A stretch of 50,502 nt of DNA from a virus. A program made the position numbers and the translations under genes. This document shows, one piece after another, positions 23,893 through 33,133 of the stretch. The stretch is from IMG/VR virus record IMGVR_UViG_2806310411_000001, positions 1-50,502 of that record; one strand, given 5' to 3'. Positions within the stretch are counted from its first letter, which is position 1. The number at the start of each line of letters is the position of its first letter. The notes under the pieces were generated by a model. The model worked only from the letters and a program-made list of their open reading frames with translations, did no database searches and was not told the origin of the DNA.

Positions 23893-24936
23893 ATGCCAGC
23901 AGCACCGATCAAGGATGACGTCGTGCGCAAGCGCATGGCGGCGTACGACGCGAACGGGAAGAACGCCGATGCCGCAGCGCGCGAGCTGGGAATCGCGCAC
24001 GGGACGATGCAGCACACCATCAAGGTGGCGAAGCAACGCGGGATCGGCGTCGACGTCGAGACCGAGGACCTGATCTTCCCCGAGCTGCCGTCTAGCGAGT
24101 TGTCGGCCGAGGAGCTCATCGAGCAGGCCGCGGTTCGCTTCGAGCGGCACCGCGACGCGCGCGACGCGCGGCGATGGATGGAGATCAAGGTCAAGTCCAA
24201 CAAGCCGATCGGCGTCTGCTTCATGGGCGACCCGCACATCGACAACAACGGCTGCAACTGGCCGCTCCTCCGGCGCGACATCAAGCTGCTCGAGGACACG
24301 CCGGGCCTGTTCGCGGTCAACATTGGCGACCTCACCGACAATTGGGTCGGCCGGCTGGTGCGGCTCTACGCCGATCAGGAGATGTCGAAGAAGCAGGCGT
24401 GGAAGCTGGCGAAGTACTTGCTCCGCGACTGCAAGATCCGGTGGCTGTGCCACCTGCTGGGTAATCACGATGCCTGGAACGACGGGCCGTACCTCATCAA
24501 GGCCAACGCGCAGCCGATGGTGCCGGTCGAGGACTGGCAATCGCGCTTCCAGATCGTGTTTCCCAACGGCAAGCGCGTGAAGGTGCACGCCGCGCACGAC
24601 TTCCCGGGTAATTCGATCTGGAACCCGCAGCACGGCCCGCAGAAGGCCGCGATGCTGCTGGAGCAGGCCGACATCTTCGCGTGCGGCCACAAGCACACCT
24701 GGGCCGTCAACGAGGGCGAAAACGCGCAGCGCGACTTCGTCTACTGGCTGATCCGCGCCCGGGGCTACAAGGCAATCGACAGTTATGCCGACCAGCTCGG
24801 CTACGGCAGCCAGAAGTTCGGCGCGTCGATCACGGCCGTCATCGACCCCGCCGTCGAAGGTCCGCGACGCATTCGCTGTTTCCCGGACCTCGAAGAGGCC
24901 GCGGAGTTCCTGACGTGGAAGAGGGAACGCGCATGA
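23893..24936 (+). CDS. calcineurin-like metallophosphoesterase with an N-terminal HTH-like segment
   Basis: Motifs GDPHID, GDLTDNW, GNHD and GHKH. The N-terminus AAARELGIAHGTMQHTIKVAKQRG is HTH-like. Confidence 0.75.
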   Translation: MPAAPIKDDVVRKRMAAYDANGKNADAAARELGIAHGTMQHTIKVAKQRGIGVDVETEDLIFPELPSSELSAEELIEQAAVRFERHRDARDARRWMEIKVKSNKPIGVCFMGDPHIDNNGCNWPLLRRDIKLLEDTPGLFAVNIGDLTDNWVGRLVRLYADQEMSKKQAWKLAKYLLRDCKIRWLCHLLGNHDAWNDGPYLIKANAQPMVPVEDWQSRFQIVFPNGKRVKVHAAHDFPGNSIWNPQHGPQKAAMLLEQADIFACGHKHTWAVNEGENAQRDFVYWLIRARGYKAIDSYADQLGYGSQKFGASITAVIDPAVEGPRRIRCFPDLEEAAEFLTWKRERA

Positions 24937-25067
24937 AGACCTGGCTGCTCGTGGGTGTCGTCGCGGCATTCTATAGCTGCGCTGTGTTGGCGGTGATGGG
25001 GTCCGTCATCGCCCGCTACTATCCGCCTGTTTGCGCTCCGATCGGTGGCGGGTGCTCGCCGCAATGA
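24933..25067 (+). CDS. small membrane peptide (44 aa)
   Basis: ATGA overlaps at both ends. MKTWLLVGVVAAFYSCAVLAVMG... Confidence 0.35.
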   Translation: MKTWLLVGVVAAFYSCAVLAVMGSVIARYYPPVCAPIGGGCSPQ

Positions 25068-26704
25068 ATGAACGAGTCCGCATGCAGGAAGAGCTCGTCA
25101 AGGCGCGCAAGCGCTTCGACGCGGCTGCCGGCGCGCGCGACACGCTTCTCGAATACGTCAAGCTCACGATGCCGGACCCGCAGGATCCGGACGACGTCAC
25201 GCGCAGCGCCTACCAGGTCACGCCGCAGGCGCGGTTGCTCTGCCAGATCATGGAGAAGGTCGAGCAGCGGCACCCCGATTACAAGCGGGTAGGCGTCTCG
25301 ATCGGCCCGCAGACCGGCAAGAGCGAGATCATCTCGCGGCGCGCGCCGTCGTGGATGACCGGGCGCAATCCGCGCCTGAACATGATCCTCGGCAGCTACA
25401 ATCAGGACTTCGCCAACGAGTTCGGCGACGATGTGCGCGCGATCGTGAACTCGCAGGCGCACAAGCTGGTGTTTCCCGAGCACGAGCTGCGCGTCGGCGG
25501 CGCCGCGAAGTCACTGCTCATCACCGAGAAGGGCGGCAAAGCGGCCTTTGTCGGCGTCGGCGGCTCCGGCACCGGCAAGCCGGCCGACATCTTCCTCGTT
25601 GACGATCCGATCCGCAACGACGACGACGCTCAATCGGAGGTCCACCGGCAGCGTGTCTGGAACTGGTTTACGAAGGTGGCTAACACCCGCATTCACAACG
25701 ATAGCGCGGTCGTTGTGGTGCACACCCGATGGCATGAAGATGATCTCCTTGGTCGTCTATGCGATCCCGACCACCCGCTGCGCAATAAGGACTACGCCGG
25801 CATCGCCGACGAGTGGACCTACATCAACATCCCGGCCGTCGTGGACGACCCGAAGCTGGCGAAAGCGCTCGGCCTGACGCTCGAGGTGCAGGACGACCCG
25901 CTGGTGCGCGCGCAATTCGGCACCAAGCCGATCGCGGCCCTCTGGCCGCAGCGCTTTTCGTTGAACTTCCTGGCAAAGCAGAAGCGGCTTGACAAGCGCG
26001 GCTTCACCGCACTGCGCATGGGCAAGCCGGCGCCGGACGACGGCGACTATTTCAAGGCCACCGACATCGTGCCATACCACTCGATGGATGAGCTGCCGAA
26101 GAACCTGCGCAAATACGGCGCGTCCGACCACGCCGTCACCGAGAAGCAGAAGAACGACGCGTCCGTGATGGGCTGCGTCGGCATTGACGACAACGATGAT
26201 ATTTGGGTGCTCCCCGATATCGTGTGGGACCGGATGGAGACCGACGGCATCGTCGAGACGCTGCTCGCGCAGTTCAAGGCGCACAAGCCGCAGCTCTGGT
26301 GGATGGAATCGGAGCTCATCTCGAAGTCGTTCGGGCCGTTCCTGCGCAAGCGGATGGTCGAGGAGCAGATTTACACCACGATCGATCCGGTGACGGTCGC
26401 GAAGGACAAGAAGGCCCGCGCGCGCTCGATCCAAGGCCGCATGCGGATGCACAAGGTGCACTTCCCGGTGTTCGCGACGTGGTGGTCGGCGGCCGAGAAG
26501 CAGCTTTTGACCTTTCCATACGCGACGCACGACGACTTCATCGACTGGCTGGCGCACATCGGCCTCGGTCTGACGAAGGAAGTCGGCGCGGCCGCGCCCA
26601 AGAGCGACAAGGTCGTGAAGGTCGGTAGCGTCCAGTGGATGCTTGCGCAGACGAAGCGTCGCGCGATGAAGGAACAGCGAGAAAAGGTAGCAGCGTCATG
26701 GTAG
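25064..26704 (+). CDS. terL: terminase large subunit
   Basis: Walker A GPQTGKSE, Walker B FLVDDP and nuclease region HTRWHEDDL. The start MNERV at 25064 overlaps the upstream stop. Confidence 0.85.
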   Translation: MNERVRMQEELVKARKRFDAAAGARDTLLEYVKLTMPDPQDPDDVTRSAYQVTPQARLLCQIMEKVEQRHPDYKRVGVSIGPQTGKSEIISRRAPSWMTGRNPRLNMILGSYNQDFANEFGDDVRAIVNSQAHKLVFPEHELRVGGAAKSLLITEKGGKAAFVGVGGSGTGKPADIFLVDDPIRNDDDAQSEVHRQRVWNWFTKVANTRIHNDSAVVVVHTRWHEDDLLGRLCDPDHPLRNKDYAGIADEWTYINIPAVVDDPKLAKALGLTLEVQDDPLVRAQFGTKPIAALWPQRFSLNFLAKQKRLDKRGFTALRMGKPAPDDGDYFKATDIVPYHSMDELPKNLRKYGASDHAVTEKQKNDASVMGCVGIDDNDDIWVLPDIVWDRMETDGIVETLLAQFKAHKPQLWWMESELISKSFGPFLRKRMVEEQIYTTIDPVTVAKDKKARARSIQGRMRMHKVHFPVFATWWSAAEKQLLTFPYATHDDFIDWLAHIGLGLTKEVGAAAPKSDKVVKVGSVQWMLAQTKRRAMKEQREKVAASW

Positions 26705-28869
26705 AGAGCGGCGATATTGTGGAAGGCGGGCAGGGCGAGGGCTCCCCGCAGCCGGTGAACGTCGGAGCGGCGAACGACAAGCCGGCGGTCGACCCTGCGC
26801 GCGCGGCGCGCGTCGCGAGCATCCTCAAGGAGATCAAGGCCGACAAGGAGCATTGGGGCAAGGACTTCAAGCGCATGCGGACCTGCATGAAGCTTGCGGC
26901 CCACGGCACCACCAACAAGGAAGAGGCCGAAGCCGAGAATGGCGCCTACGTCGTGCCGATCACGAACCGGCTGATCGGCGTGGCGGTCGCGACGCTCTAC
27001 GCGAAGAACCCCAAGGCGGTCGCGCGGCGCAAGCAAAAGCTGATGTACAAGCTTTGGGACGGCGATCCGGCGACGCTGATGGCCGCGGTCCAGCAGGTGC
27101 AGATGGCCCCGCCGGCGGCGATGGATCCGACCACCGGCGTTCCGGTCGGCGGCCCCGATCCGAACGCGGTCGCCCTCCTGGCCGAAGTCGCGGCTGCCAA
27201 GACCGAGTTCATCCAGTACGACCGCATGGCCAAAACCATGGAGTTGCTGTTCGCCTACTTCCTCCAGGAGCAGGACAGCGGCTACAAGGAGATGTTCAAG
27301 GCGCTGGTGCGACGCACGAAGGTCTGCGGCGTCGGCTATGTCGAGCTCGGCTTTCAGCGTCAGCTCCGCAAGAACCCCGACATCTCGGCGCAGATTGCCG
27401 ACGTCACCAGCCAGATCGCGGCGATCGAGGCACAGATCGAGATCGCGCAGAAGGACGGCGTGGAGCCCGACACCGCCACAGCGCAGCGGCTCAAGGAGAT
27501 GCTCGAGGTGCTTCAGGCCAAGGAGGAGATCCTTGTCCGCGAAGGACCGACGCTGAGCTTCCCGCGCGCGGTCGACATCATCCCGGATCGCAAGTGCAAG
27601 CACCTGAAGACGTTCGCCGGCGGCCGTTGGCTGCATCGCGAATACCTCATGGACCGCGAGGAGATTCTTGCAACCTGGGGCGTCGATGTCGGTACGAATT
27701 TCACGGCGTATAAGTCGATCACCGACGCGCAGGGCAACGTCACGCAGATCAAGGACACGCCGAGCGACGCGGCGTCCGCACGCGTCTATTGCGGCTGGAA
27801 CAAGGTCGACCAGGTCTATTACGTCGTCTGCGACGGGTACAACGACTACATCGTCGCGCCGGCTGAGCCCGACGTGAAGATCGAACGGTTCTGGCCGGTC
27901 TTTCCGCTCGTGTTCAACGAGGTCGAGGCCGAGAACGAGGACGGGTCCGTTTCCATCTTCCCGCCGTCGGACGTCTGGAACTCGCGCCACATGCAGCGTG
28001 AGTACAACTCGTCGCGCCAGGGCAAGCGCGAGCACAAGATCGCCGGGCGGCCGCGATGGGCGTCCCCGCGCGGCGCGCTCGAGAAGGAGGACAAGGAGAA
28101 CCTTGCGGCGGCTGCACCGTTCAGCGTCACCGAGGTCAACGCGCTTGCCACCGGCGAGAAGCTCACCGACAAGCTGATGCCGGTTCCCGTGCCCGGCCTC
28201 GACCCGAACCTCTACGAGACCGAGACGGTGTTCGCCGACATCCAGCGCACCGTCGGCGTGCAGGCGGCGAACCTCGGGGGCACGTCGGGCGACACCGCGA
28301 CCGAGAGCTCGATCGCCGAGCACAGCCGCGACACGTCGAACGCGAGCGATGTCGACGACCTCGACACCATGCTGTCGGCCTTGGCGCGCGCCATGGGCCA
28401 ACTCATGCTCACCGAGCTGTCCAAGGAGACCGTGCTGGAGATCGCCGGCCCCGGGGCCGTCTGGCCAGACCTGCCGCCGACCCGCGAGCAGATCGTCAAG
28501 GACCTCATCCTCGAAGTCGAGGCCGGCTCCAGCGGTCGCCCGAACAACGCCGCCGTGCTCGCCAATTACGAGCGCGCGATGCCGTGGCTGTCGCTTCTGC
28601 CGGGCGTCAATCCCGCCCCGCTCGCCAAGAAGGGGCTCCAGGCGCTCGACATCGACACCGACGACATGTTCGTCGAGGGCGCTCCGTCGATCACCGCGCT
28701 CAACCAGATGGCCCGGCCGCAGCCCGGCGGCGCCGGCCCGAACGCCCCGGATCAACAAGGGGACAAGGGCGGTGACAACGCCAAGCAGCCCGAGCAGCCC
28801 AATGAGCCGGGAGCGCAGCCGAGCTATCAAGGTCCCGGCGCCGTCCAAGGCGCACCTCTGGCCCATTGA
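26698..28869 (+). CDS. portal protein (putative)
   Basis: A 723-aa ORF immediately after terL, with overlapping ATGGTAG. Called on position and size only. Confidence 0.6.
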   Translation: MVESGDIVEGGQGEGSPQPVNVGAANDKPAVDPARAARVASILKEIKADKEHWGKDFKRMRTCMKLAAHGTTNKEEAEAENGAYVVPITNRLIGVAVATLYAKNPKAVARRKQKLMYKLWDGDPATLMAAVQQVQMAPPAAMDPTTGVPVGGPDPNAVALLAEVAAAKTEFIQYDRMAKTMELLFAYFLQEQDSGYKEMFKALVRRTKVCGVGYVELGFQRQLRKNPDISAQIADVTSQIAAIEAQIEIAQKDGVEPDTATAQRLKEMLEVLQAKEEILVREGPTLSFPRAVDIIPDRKCKHLKTFAGGRWLHREYLMDREEILATWGVDVGTNFTAYKSITDAQGNVTQIKDTPSDAASARVYCGWNKVDQVYYVVCDGYNDYIVAPAEPDVKIERFWPVFPLVFNEVEAENEDGSVSIFPPSDVWNSRHMQREYNSSRQGKREHKIAGRPRWASPRGALEKEDKENLAAAAPFSVTEVNALATGEKLTDKLMPVPVPGLDPNLYETETVFADIQRTVGVQAANLGGTSGDTATESSIAEHSRDTSNASDVDDLDTMLSALARAMGQLMLTELSKETVLEIAGPGAVWPDLPPTREQIVKDLILEVEAGSSGRPNNAAVLANYERAMPWLSLLPGVNPAPLAKKGLQALDIDTDDMFVEGAPSITALNQMARPQPGGAGPNAPDQQGDKGGDNAKQPEQPNEPGAQPSYQGPGAVQGAPLAH

Positions 28870-28895
28870 CAATTTGTCTGGTTTAGAGATATTGT
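28866..28895 (+). promoter_or_regulatory. candidate promoter TTGACA-N18-TATTGT containing TGTCTGGTTTAGAGAT
   Basis: Lies in the gap between the portal and scaffold genes. The palindrome GACAATTTGTC is at 28868..28878. Confidence 0.4.
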
Positions 28896-28926
28896 GGCAT
28901 CGTTATTATCTCAGGGGGAAGACGTA

Positions 28927-29982
28927 GTGGATCCGAAGTCGTCAGCGGACAACGAGATCGAGACTGAAATCGAGAAGCCCGACACCCCCGTCGAAGCTGC
29001 TCAAACGGACGCAGAGCCCGCGGAGTCGTCCAACGCGGAGGGTGAAAAAGGTGACTTGCTGACGCGCGTGAAAGACGCGCTCAACAAGACCAAGGAGAAG
29101 TCGCCCACCTCCGATGAACCCGGATCGTCGTCTGAAGAGCCGCCGGCTCCCGCCGCCAAAAAGGAAGGCGAGGGAGAGGAGGGCAAATCAGGTGATTTGA
29201 CTGAGGAGGAACTCGCTCGGCTCAAGCCGAAGACCCGTGAGCGCATCGAAACTCTCACCCGCGAAGTCAGGGAGCGCGACACCAAGCTCGCCGACCTGAC
29301 GCCGAAGGCCGAGAAGTTCGAACAAATTCAGCGCTTCGTCGACGATGCTGGCTTGTCGAAAGACGATGTCAACACCGGTTTCGACGTGATGCGGAACCTC
29401 AAGACAGACCCGTTCAAGGCCTACGAGCAACTGCGCCCGATCATGGATCAACTCGAATCCATCGTCGGTGTCAGGCTCCCGGACGAACTCCAAGCGGAGG
29501 TAAGCCAGGGGCGTATCACGGAGGCCCATGCCCGCGAACTCGCGCGGTCCCGAGGTCAAGCGACTGTCACTCGACAGCAGCTCGACCGGACCACGCAGGT
29601 GCAGGAGGCGAACCAGCGGCGTCAGGCCATTGAGACCCAAGTCAACGATGTCGCCAGTGCTGTGACCGCGTGGGAGAATTCCACAGGCAAAAACGATCCT
29701 GACTGGAAACTGAAGCAGCCACGGATCACGGAGCTCGTCGAGCTCGAGGTCATGCGGCGCCAGGCCAAGGATCCCACCTACTTCCCCTCGAAAGAGGAGG
29801 CGATCGCGATCTCCAAGGACGCGCTCAAGAAGGTGGAAGCCGATCTCAAGGCCCTGCGACCCGCGCGACGTTCGGTCTCAACTACCCCGTCGGCCGATGC
29901 TGGTTCAACCCGCAACGCAGCGGCGGCCCCGAAGAACATGCTGGAAGCAGCGAAACTCGGGTTGCAGCGCGCGGCGGGCTAA
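28927..29982 (+). CDS. scaffolding protein (putative)
   Basis: Acidic, Glu/Lys-rich, coiled-coil-like protein located between portal and capsid genes. GTG start with GGGGGA upstream. Confidence 0.5.
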   Translation: MDPKSSADNEIETEIEKPDTPVEAAQTDAEPAESSNAEGEKGDLLTRVKDALNKTKEKSPTSDEPGSSSEEPPAPAAKKEGEGEEGKSGDLTEEELARLKPKTRERIETLTREVRERDTKLADLTPKAEKFEQIQRFVDDAGLSKDDVNTGFDVMRNLKTDPFKAYEQLRPIMDQLESIVGVRLPDELQAEVSQGRITEAHARELARSRGQATVTRQQLDRTTQVQEANQRRQAIETQVNDVASAVTAWENSTGKNDPDWKLKQPRITELVELEVMRRQAKDPTYFPSKEEAIAISKDALKKVEADLKALRPARRSVSTTPSADAGSTRNAAAAPKNMLEAAKLGLQRAAG

Positions 29983-30000
29983 GGCACCGCAGGAACCAAA

Positions 30001-31044
30001 ATGCCTTTCACTGTTGCGGAAGTCGAGAACATCGCAAACTCGACTCTGGACTACTTCATCGACAAGGGACGTGCTGAATCGCAGCACATCCAGGACAAGC
30101 CGCTGCTCAAGGCCATGGACGCGGCGAAGACGACGTTCCCGGGTGGCAAGGAGTTCATCTCCGGCGCCGTCAAGGGCAACACCACGTCGTCCATCCAGGG
30201 CTTCCAGCACGACGACGAAGTCGGGTACAGCAACCCGGCGAACGCGAAGCGCTACAACTACCCCTGGAAGCTGATCCATCTCGGCATCGAGTTCTCGATG
30301 CACGAAGCGGCCAAGGACGGCATCTCGATCGTCGACACCACGAACGGCAAGGGCGAGACCGAGCACAGCGAGCGTGAGCTCACCGCGCTGGTCAACATCC
30401 TGAACGAGAAGTTCGAGGACATGGCCGAGGGCTGGGACCGCGGCTTCAACAACATGTTCTGGCAGGACGGCTCGCAGGACCCGAACCTCGTGCCCGGCAT
30501 CAAGTCGTTCATTGTCGACGCTCCGACCTCCGGCCTCGTCGTCGGCGGCATCGACCAGTCGGCGAACACCTGGTGGCGCAACCGTGCCGTGCTCGGCATC
30601 GACGCGTCGACCCCGTCGAACCTGAACGTCACGAACACCCTCCAGAAGGAGTATCGGCAGCTCCGTCGTTACGGCGGCAACCCGAAGCTCTGGCTGGCCG
30701 GCTCGGACCTCATCGAAGCCATGGAGAAGGAGCTCCGCTCGAAGGGCAACTTCACCCAGGATGGCTGGATGAGCCAGGGCAAGACCGACAGCGGCATGGC
30801 CGACATTTCGTTCAAGGGCAACAAGATCCAGTACGATCCGACCCTGGACGACCTCGGCATGTCGAAGCGGCTCTACGTCCTCGACACCCGCTTCATCAAG
30901 CCCCGCGTCATGGACGGCGAGGACAAGAAGAAGCATTACCCCGCCCGTCCGGAGAACAAGTACATGTTCTACCGTGCGATGACCTGGATCGGCGGCCTCA
31001 CCTGCAACAAGCGTAACGCCCACGGCGTTTACTCGATCGCGTAA
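30001..31044 (+). CDS. major capsid protein (T7 gp10-like size and position)
   Basis: A 347-aa ORF after the scaffold gene. A strong terminator lies after the following gene. Confidence 0.65.
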   Translation: MPFTVAEVENIANSTLDYFIDKGRAESQHIQDKPLLKAMDAAKTTFPGGKEFISGAVKGNTTSSIQGFQHDDEVGYSNPANAKRYNYPWKLIHLGIEFSMHEAAKDGISIVDTTNGKGETEHSERELTALVNILNEKFEDMAEGWDRGFNNMFWQDGSQDPNLVPGIKSFIVDAPTSGLVVGGIDQSANTWWRNRAVLGIDASTPSNLNVTNTLQKEYRQLRRYGGNPKLWLAGSDLIEAMEKELRSKGNFTQDGWMSQGKTDSGMADISFKGNKIQYDPTLDDLGMSKRLYVLDTRFIKPRVMDGEDKKKHYPARPENKYMFYRAMTWIGGLTCNKRNAHGVYSIA

Positions 31045-31056
31045 GGAGAACAGCCA

Positions 31057-31971
31057 ATGTCCTTCAAAACTGCATCGGTCGTTCTCGCTGCCGCCGTCGC
31101 GACCAGCGGCACGATCACCGTCAGCTACCCGGCTGGCACCAACAAGGGCACCTACACGGGCGCCTACAAGCACAAGGCGTTCGCCGAAGGCTTGCAGGCG
31201 AACTTGTCGGCGCCCACCGACTTCACTGTGTCGTTCGGCGCGTCCAACATCACCGTGACGTACCTGGGCACGACTTCGATCCCGGCGAACTCGAAGATCA
31301 TGTTCCAGTTCGACGTCATCGGCAAGGATCGGCCGTACACGTACAGCTCCGACCCGGTCAACAACCAGTCGAAGCTTGCGCCGAACACGCAGCGCATGTC
31401 GGGCCTGATGTACATCCGGGAGATCAATCTCGGATCGCCGATCGCCGGCGCGGCCAACAACATCTGCACCTCGCAGGCGATCACCGCGGCGTCCCCGACC
31501 GGTGGCACTCTCAACGGCACCACCGCAGGCGTGGCCGATGTGCCCCGCAATGTCGTGGCGGCGTGGACCAACTCCGCGGTCATCACCGTCCGCGGTACCG
31601 ACGAGTACGGCAACGCGATGACCGAGAGCTCCGCTTCCGGCACCTCGTTCACCGGTAAGAAGGCGTTCGCGACTGTCACTTCGGTGAAGGTCTCGGCCGA
31701 CGTCACCGGCGCCACCGTCGGTTTCGGCAACGTGCTCGGCCTGCCGATCGCGCTGCCCGAAGCCAACCTGATCGTCAAGGAACTCCAGGACGGCGCCGCG
31801 CCGACGGCCGGCACCACCGTGGCGCAGGACCAGGCGACCGCGACGGCGACCACCGGCGACGTTCGTGGCACCTACACCCCGAACGCCACCCCGGACGCTT
31901 CCAAGTCGTTCCAGCTCCTCGTGGCTGTGCCCGACCTGAACGACATCGGCAACGCTCAGTTCGCCGGTTAA
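31057..31971 (+). CDS. virion-associated protein (capsid decoration?)
   Basis: AGGAG ribosome-binding site. Thr/Ala/Gly-rich, beta-rich composition. Located next to the capsid gene. Confidence 0.45.
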   Translation: MSFKTASVVLAAAVATSGTITVSYPAGTNKGTYTGAYKHKAFAEGLQANLSAPTDFTVSFGASNITVTYLGTTSIPANSKIMFQFDVIGKDRPYTYSSDPVNNQSKLAPNTQRMSGLMYIREINLGSPIAGAANNICTSQAITAASPTGGTLNGTTAGVADVPRNVVAAWTNSAVITVRGTDEYGNAMTESSASGTSFTGKKAFATVTSVKVSADVTGATVGFGNVLGLPIALPEANLIVKELQDGAAPTAGTTVAQDQATATATTGDVRGTYTPNATPDASKSFQLLVAVPDLNDIGNAQFAG

Positions 31972-31979
31972 GCAATCTG

Positions 31980-32012
31980 CCCCCTCTCCCTGAAACGGAG
32001 AGGGGGTTTCTT
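31980..32012 (+). terminator. rho-independent terminator
   Basis: Stem CCCCCTCTCC (31980..31989) pairs with GGAGAGGGGG (31997..32006). The loop is 7 nt and is followed by TTTCTT. Confidence 0.75.
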
Positions 32013-32032
32013 CCACCTGAAAGGGACCAAGA

Positions 32033-32434
32033 ATGAAGCTGTATTCGTGCAAGCTGCGTCTGGCGGGGGCCACGACCAACGAGATTTTCAAGGGCGAAGT
32101 CACCGCGGCCGAGATCGAGGTGCTCCGCGAGCTGCACGGCATCGACGCCGTGCTCGACATCAAGGAAGCCGGCGAGAACAGCAAGACGAGCGCGGAAGAG
32201 CGCGTTCGGCTGAAGCAGCTCTACGCCAACCCGGAATCGCTGAACACGCAGATGGCCGCGCGGCGGCTCACCCTGCTGCGCAACCTGTTCGGCCACGATC
32301 GCCTGCCGCTGCCCGACGAGGTCATGGATCCCGTCGTTGCGTCGGATGACGACTTCGAGGAGCCGACCGCCGTGGAGGCGCCGGTTCGGCGCACGCGCGT
32401 CAAGAAGGCCGAACCCGAAGCGGCGTTCGAGTAA
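32033..32434 (+). CDS. hypothetical virion-module protein (133 aa)
   Basis: Track ORF within the structural operon. Confidence 0.5.
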   Translation: MKLYSCKLRLAGATTNEIFKGEVTAAEIEVLRELHGIDAVLDIKEAGENSKTSAEERVRLKQLYANPESLNTQMAARRLTLLRNLFGHDRLPLPDEVMDPVVASDDDFEEPTAVEAPVRRTRVKKAEPEAAFE

Positions 32435-32440
32435 GCGCCA

Positions 32441-33133
32441 ATGCGGCGTCGTCAGCTCGGCCAACTCCTCACGATGCTGCGCGACGAGCTGTCCATCAGC
32501 TCGGAGCCCAGCGTCGGCGTGTCGGCGACGCCCAACCTCAAGCAGGTCCTCACCCGCCATTACGAGACCCTGTTCGAGGAATACGACTGGCCGTTCCTGC
32601 GGAAGATTTTCGACCGCATTACGCTCAACGCCGGCCAGCGCTATTACGACTTCCCCGAGGACATGGACTTCGAGAGCCTCGAGCGCGTGACGTGCTGGTG
32701 GAGCAACCTGCCGCACACGCTCACGCGCGGCATCGATTTCGAGCAATACGCCGTCTACAGCTCCGACGACAACGTCCGCGCCGATCCCGTGCAGCGCTGG
32801 GACGTCCGCGACGTCGACGGCAAGGAGATGATCGAAGTCTGGCCGATCCCCGCTGGCGCCGGCCAGGCGCTCCAGTTCCGCGGCCGCATCAAGTTCGCCC
32901 GTCTCGTCGACGAGAGCGATCTGTGCCTGCTGGACGACCAGCTCGTGGTCCTGCATGCGGCGGCTGAGCTCTCGCCCCCGAAGAAGCGCACCGACATCAA
33001 CGCCAAGCTGGTGGCCGCACAGCGGCGCCTCGGCACGCTCAAGGCGCGCACCCAGGGCGGATCGCGCACCTTCCGCATGGGTCTTGGCGGCGAACCGAAG
33101 CCCCATCACGGTCTCACGATTCGGGTGCGGTAG
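32441..33133 (+). CDS. tail tubular protein A / adaptor-like (T7 gp11 position)
   Basis: A 230-aa ORF directly before the large nozzle-like protein. Called on position and size only. Confidence 0.4.
   Translation: MRRRQLGQLLTMLRDELSISSEPSVGVSATPNLKQVLTRHYETLFEEYDWPFLRKIFDRITLNAGQRYYDFPEDMDFESLERVTCWWSNLPHTLTRGIDFEQYAVYSSDDNVRADPVQRWDVRDVDGKEMIEVWPIPAGAGQALQFRGRIKFARLVDESDLCLLDDQLVVLHAAAELSPPKKRTDINAKLVAAQRRLGTLKARTQGGSRTFRMGLGGEPKPHHGLTIRVR

Noticed and set aside
26371-28872. An 833-aa ORF on the minus strand opposite the terL-portal region. Similar cases are 23515..24969 and 14230..15192.
   Set aside because: These are mirror ORFs, typical of high-GC DNA. Their composition is Arg/Gly/Ala/Leu/Asp-rich and motif-free. 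They lie antisense to genes with clear motifs or clear operon coupling.
29905-32184. A 759-aa minus-strand ORF across the scaffold-capsid region. A 742-aa ORF at 39857..42085 and a 469-aa ORF at 48786..50195 are similar.
   Set aside because: Same reasoning. They are antisense to well-supported capsid, internal-virion and integrase genes, have low-complexity Arg/Gly-rich sequences, and show no ribosome-binding sites or coupling.
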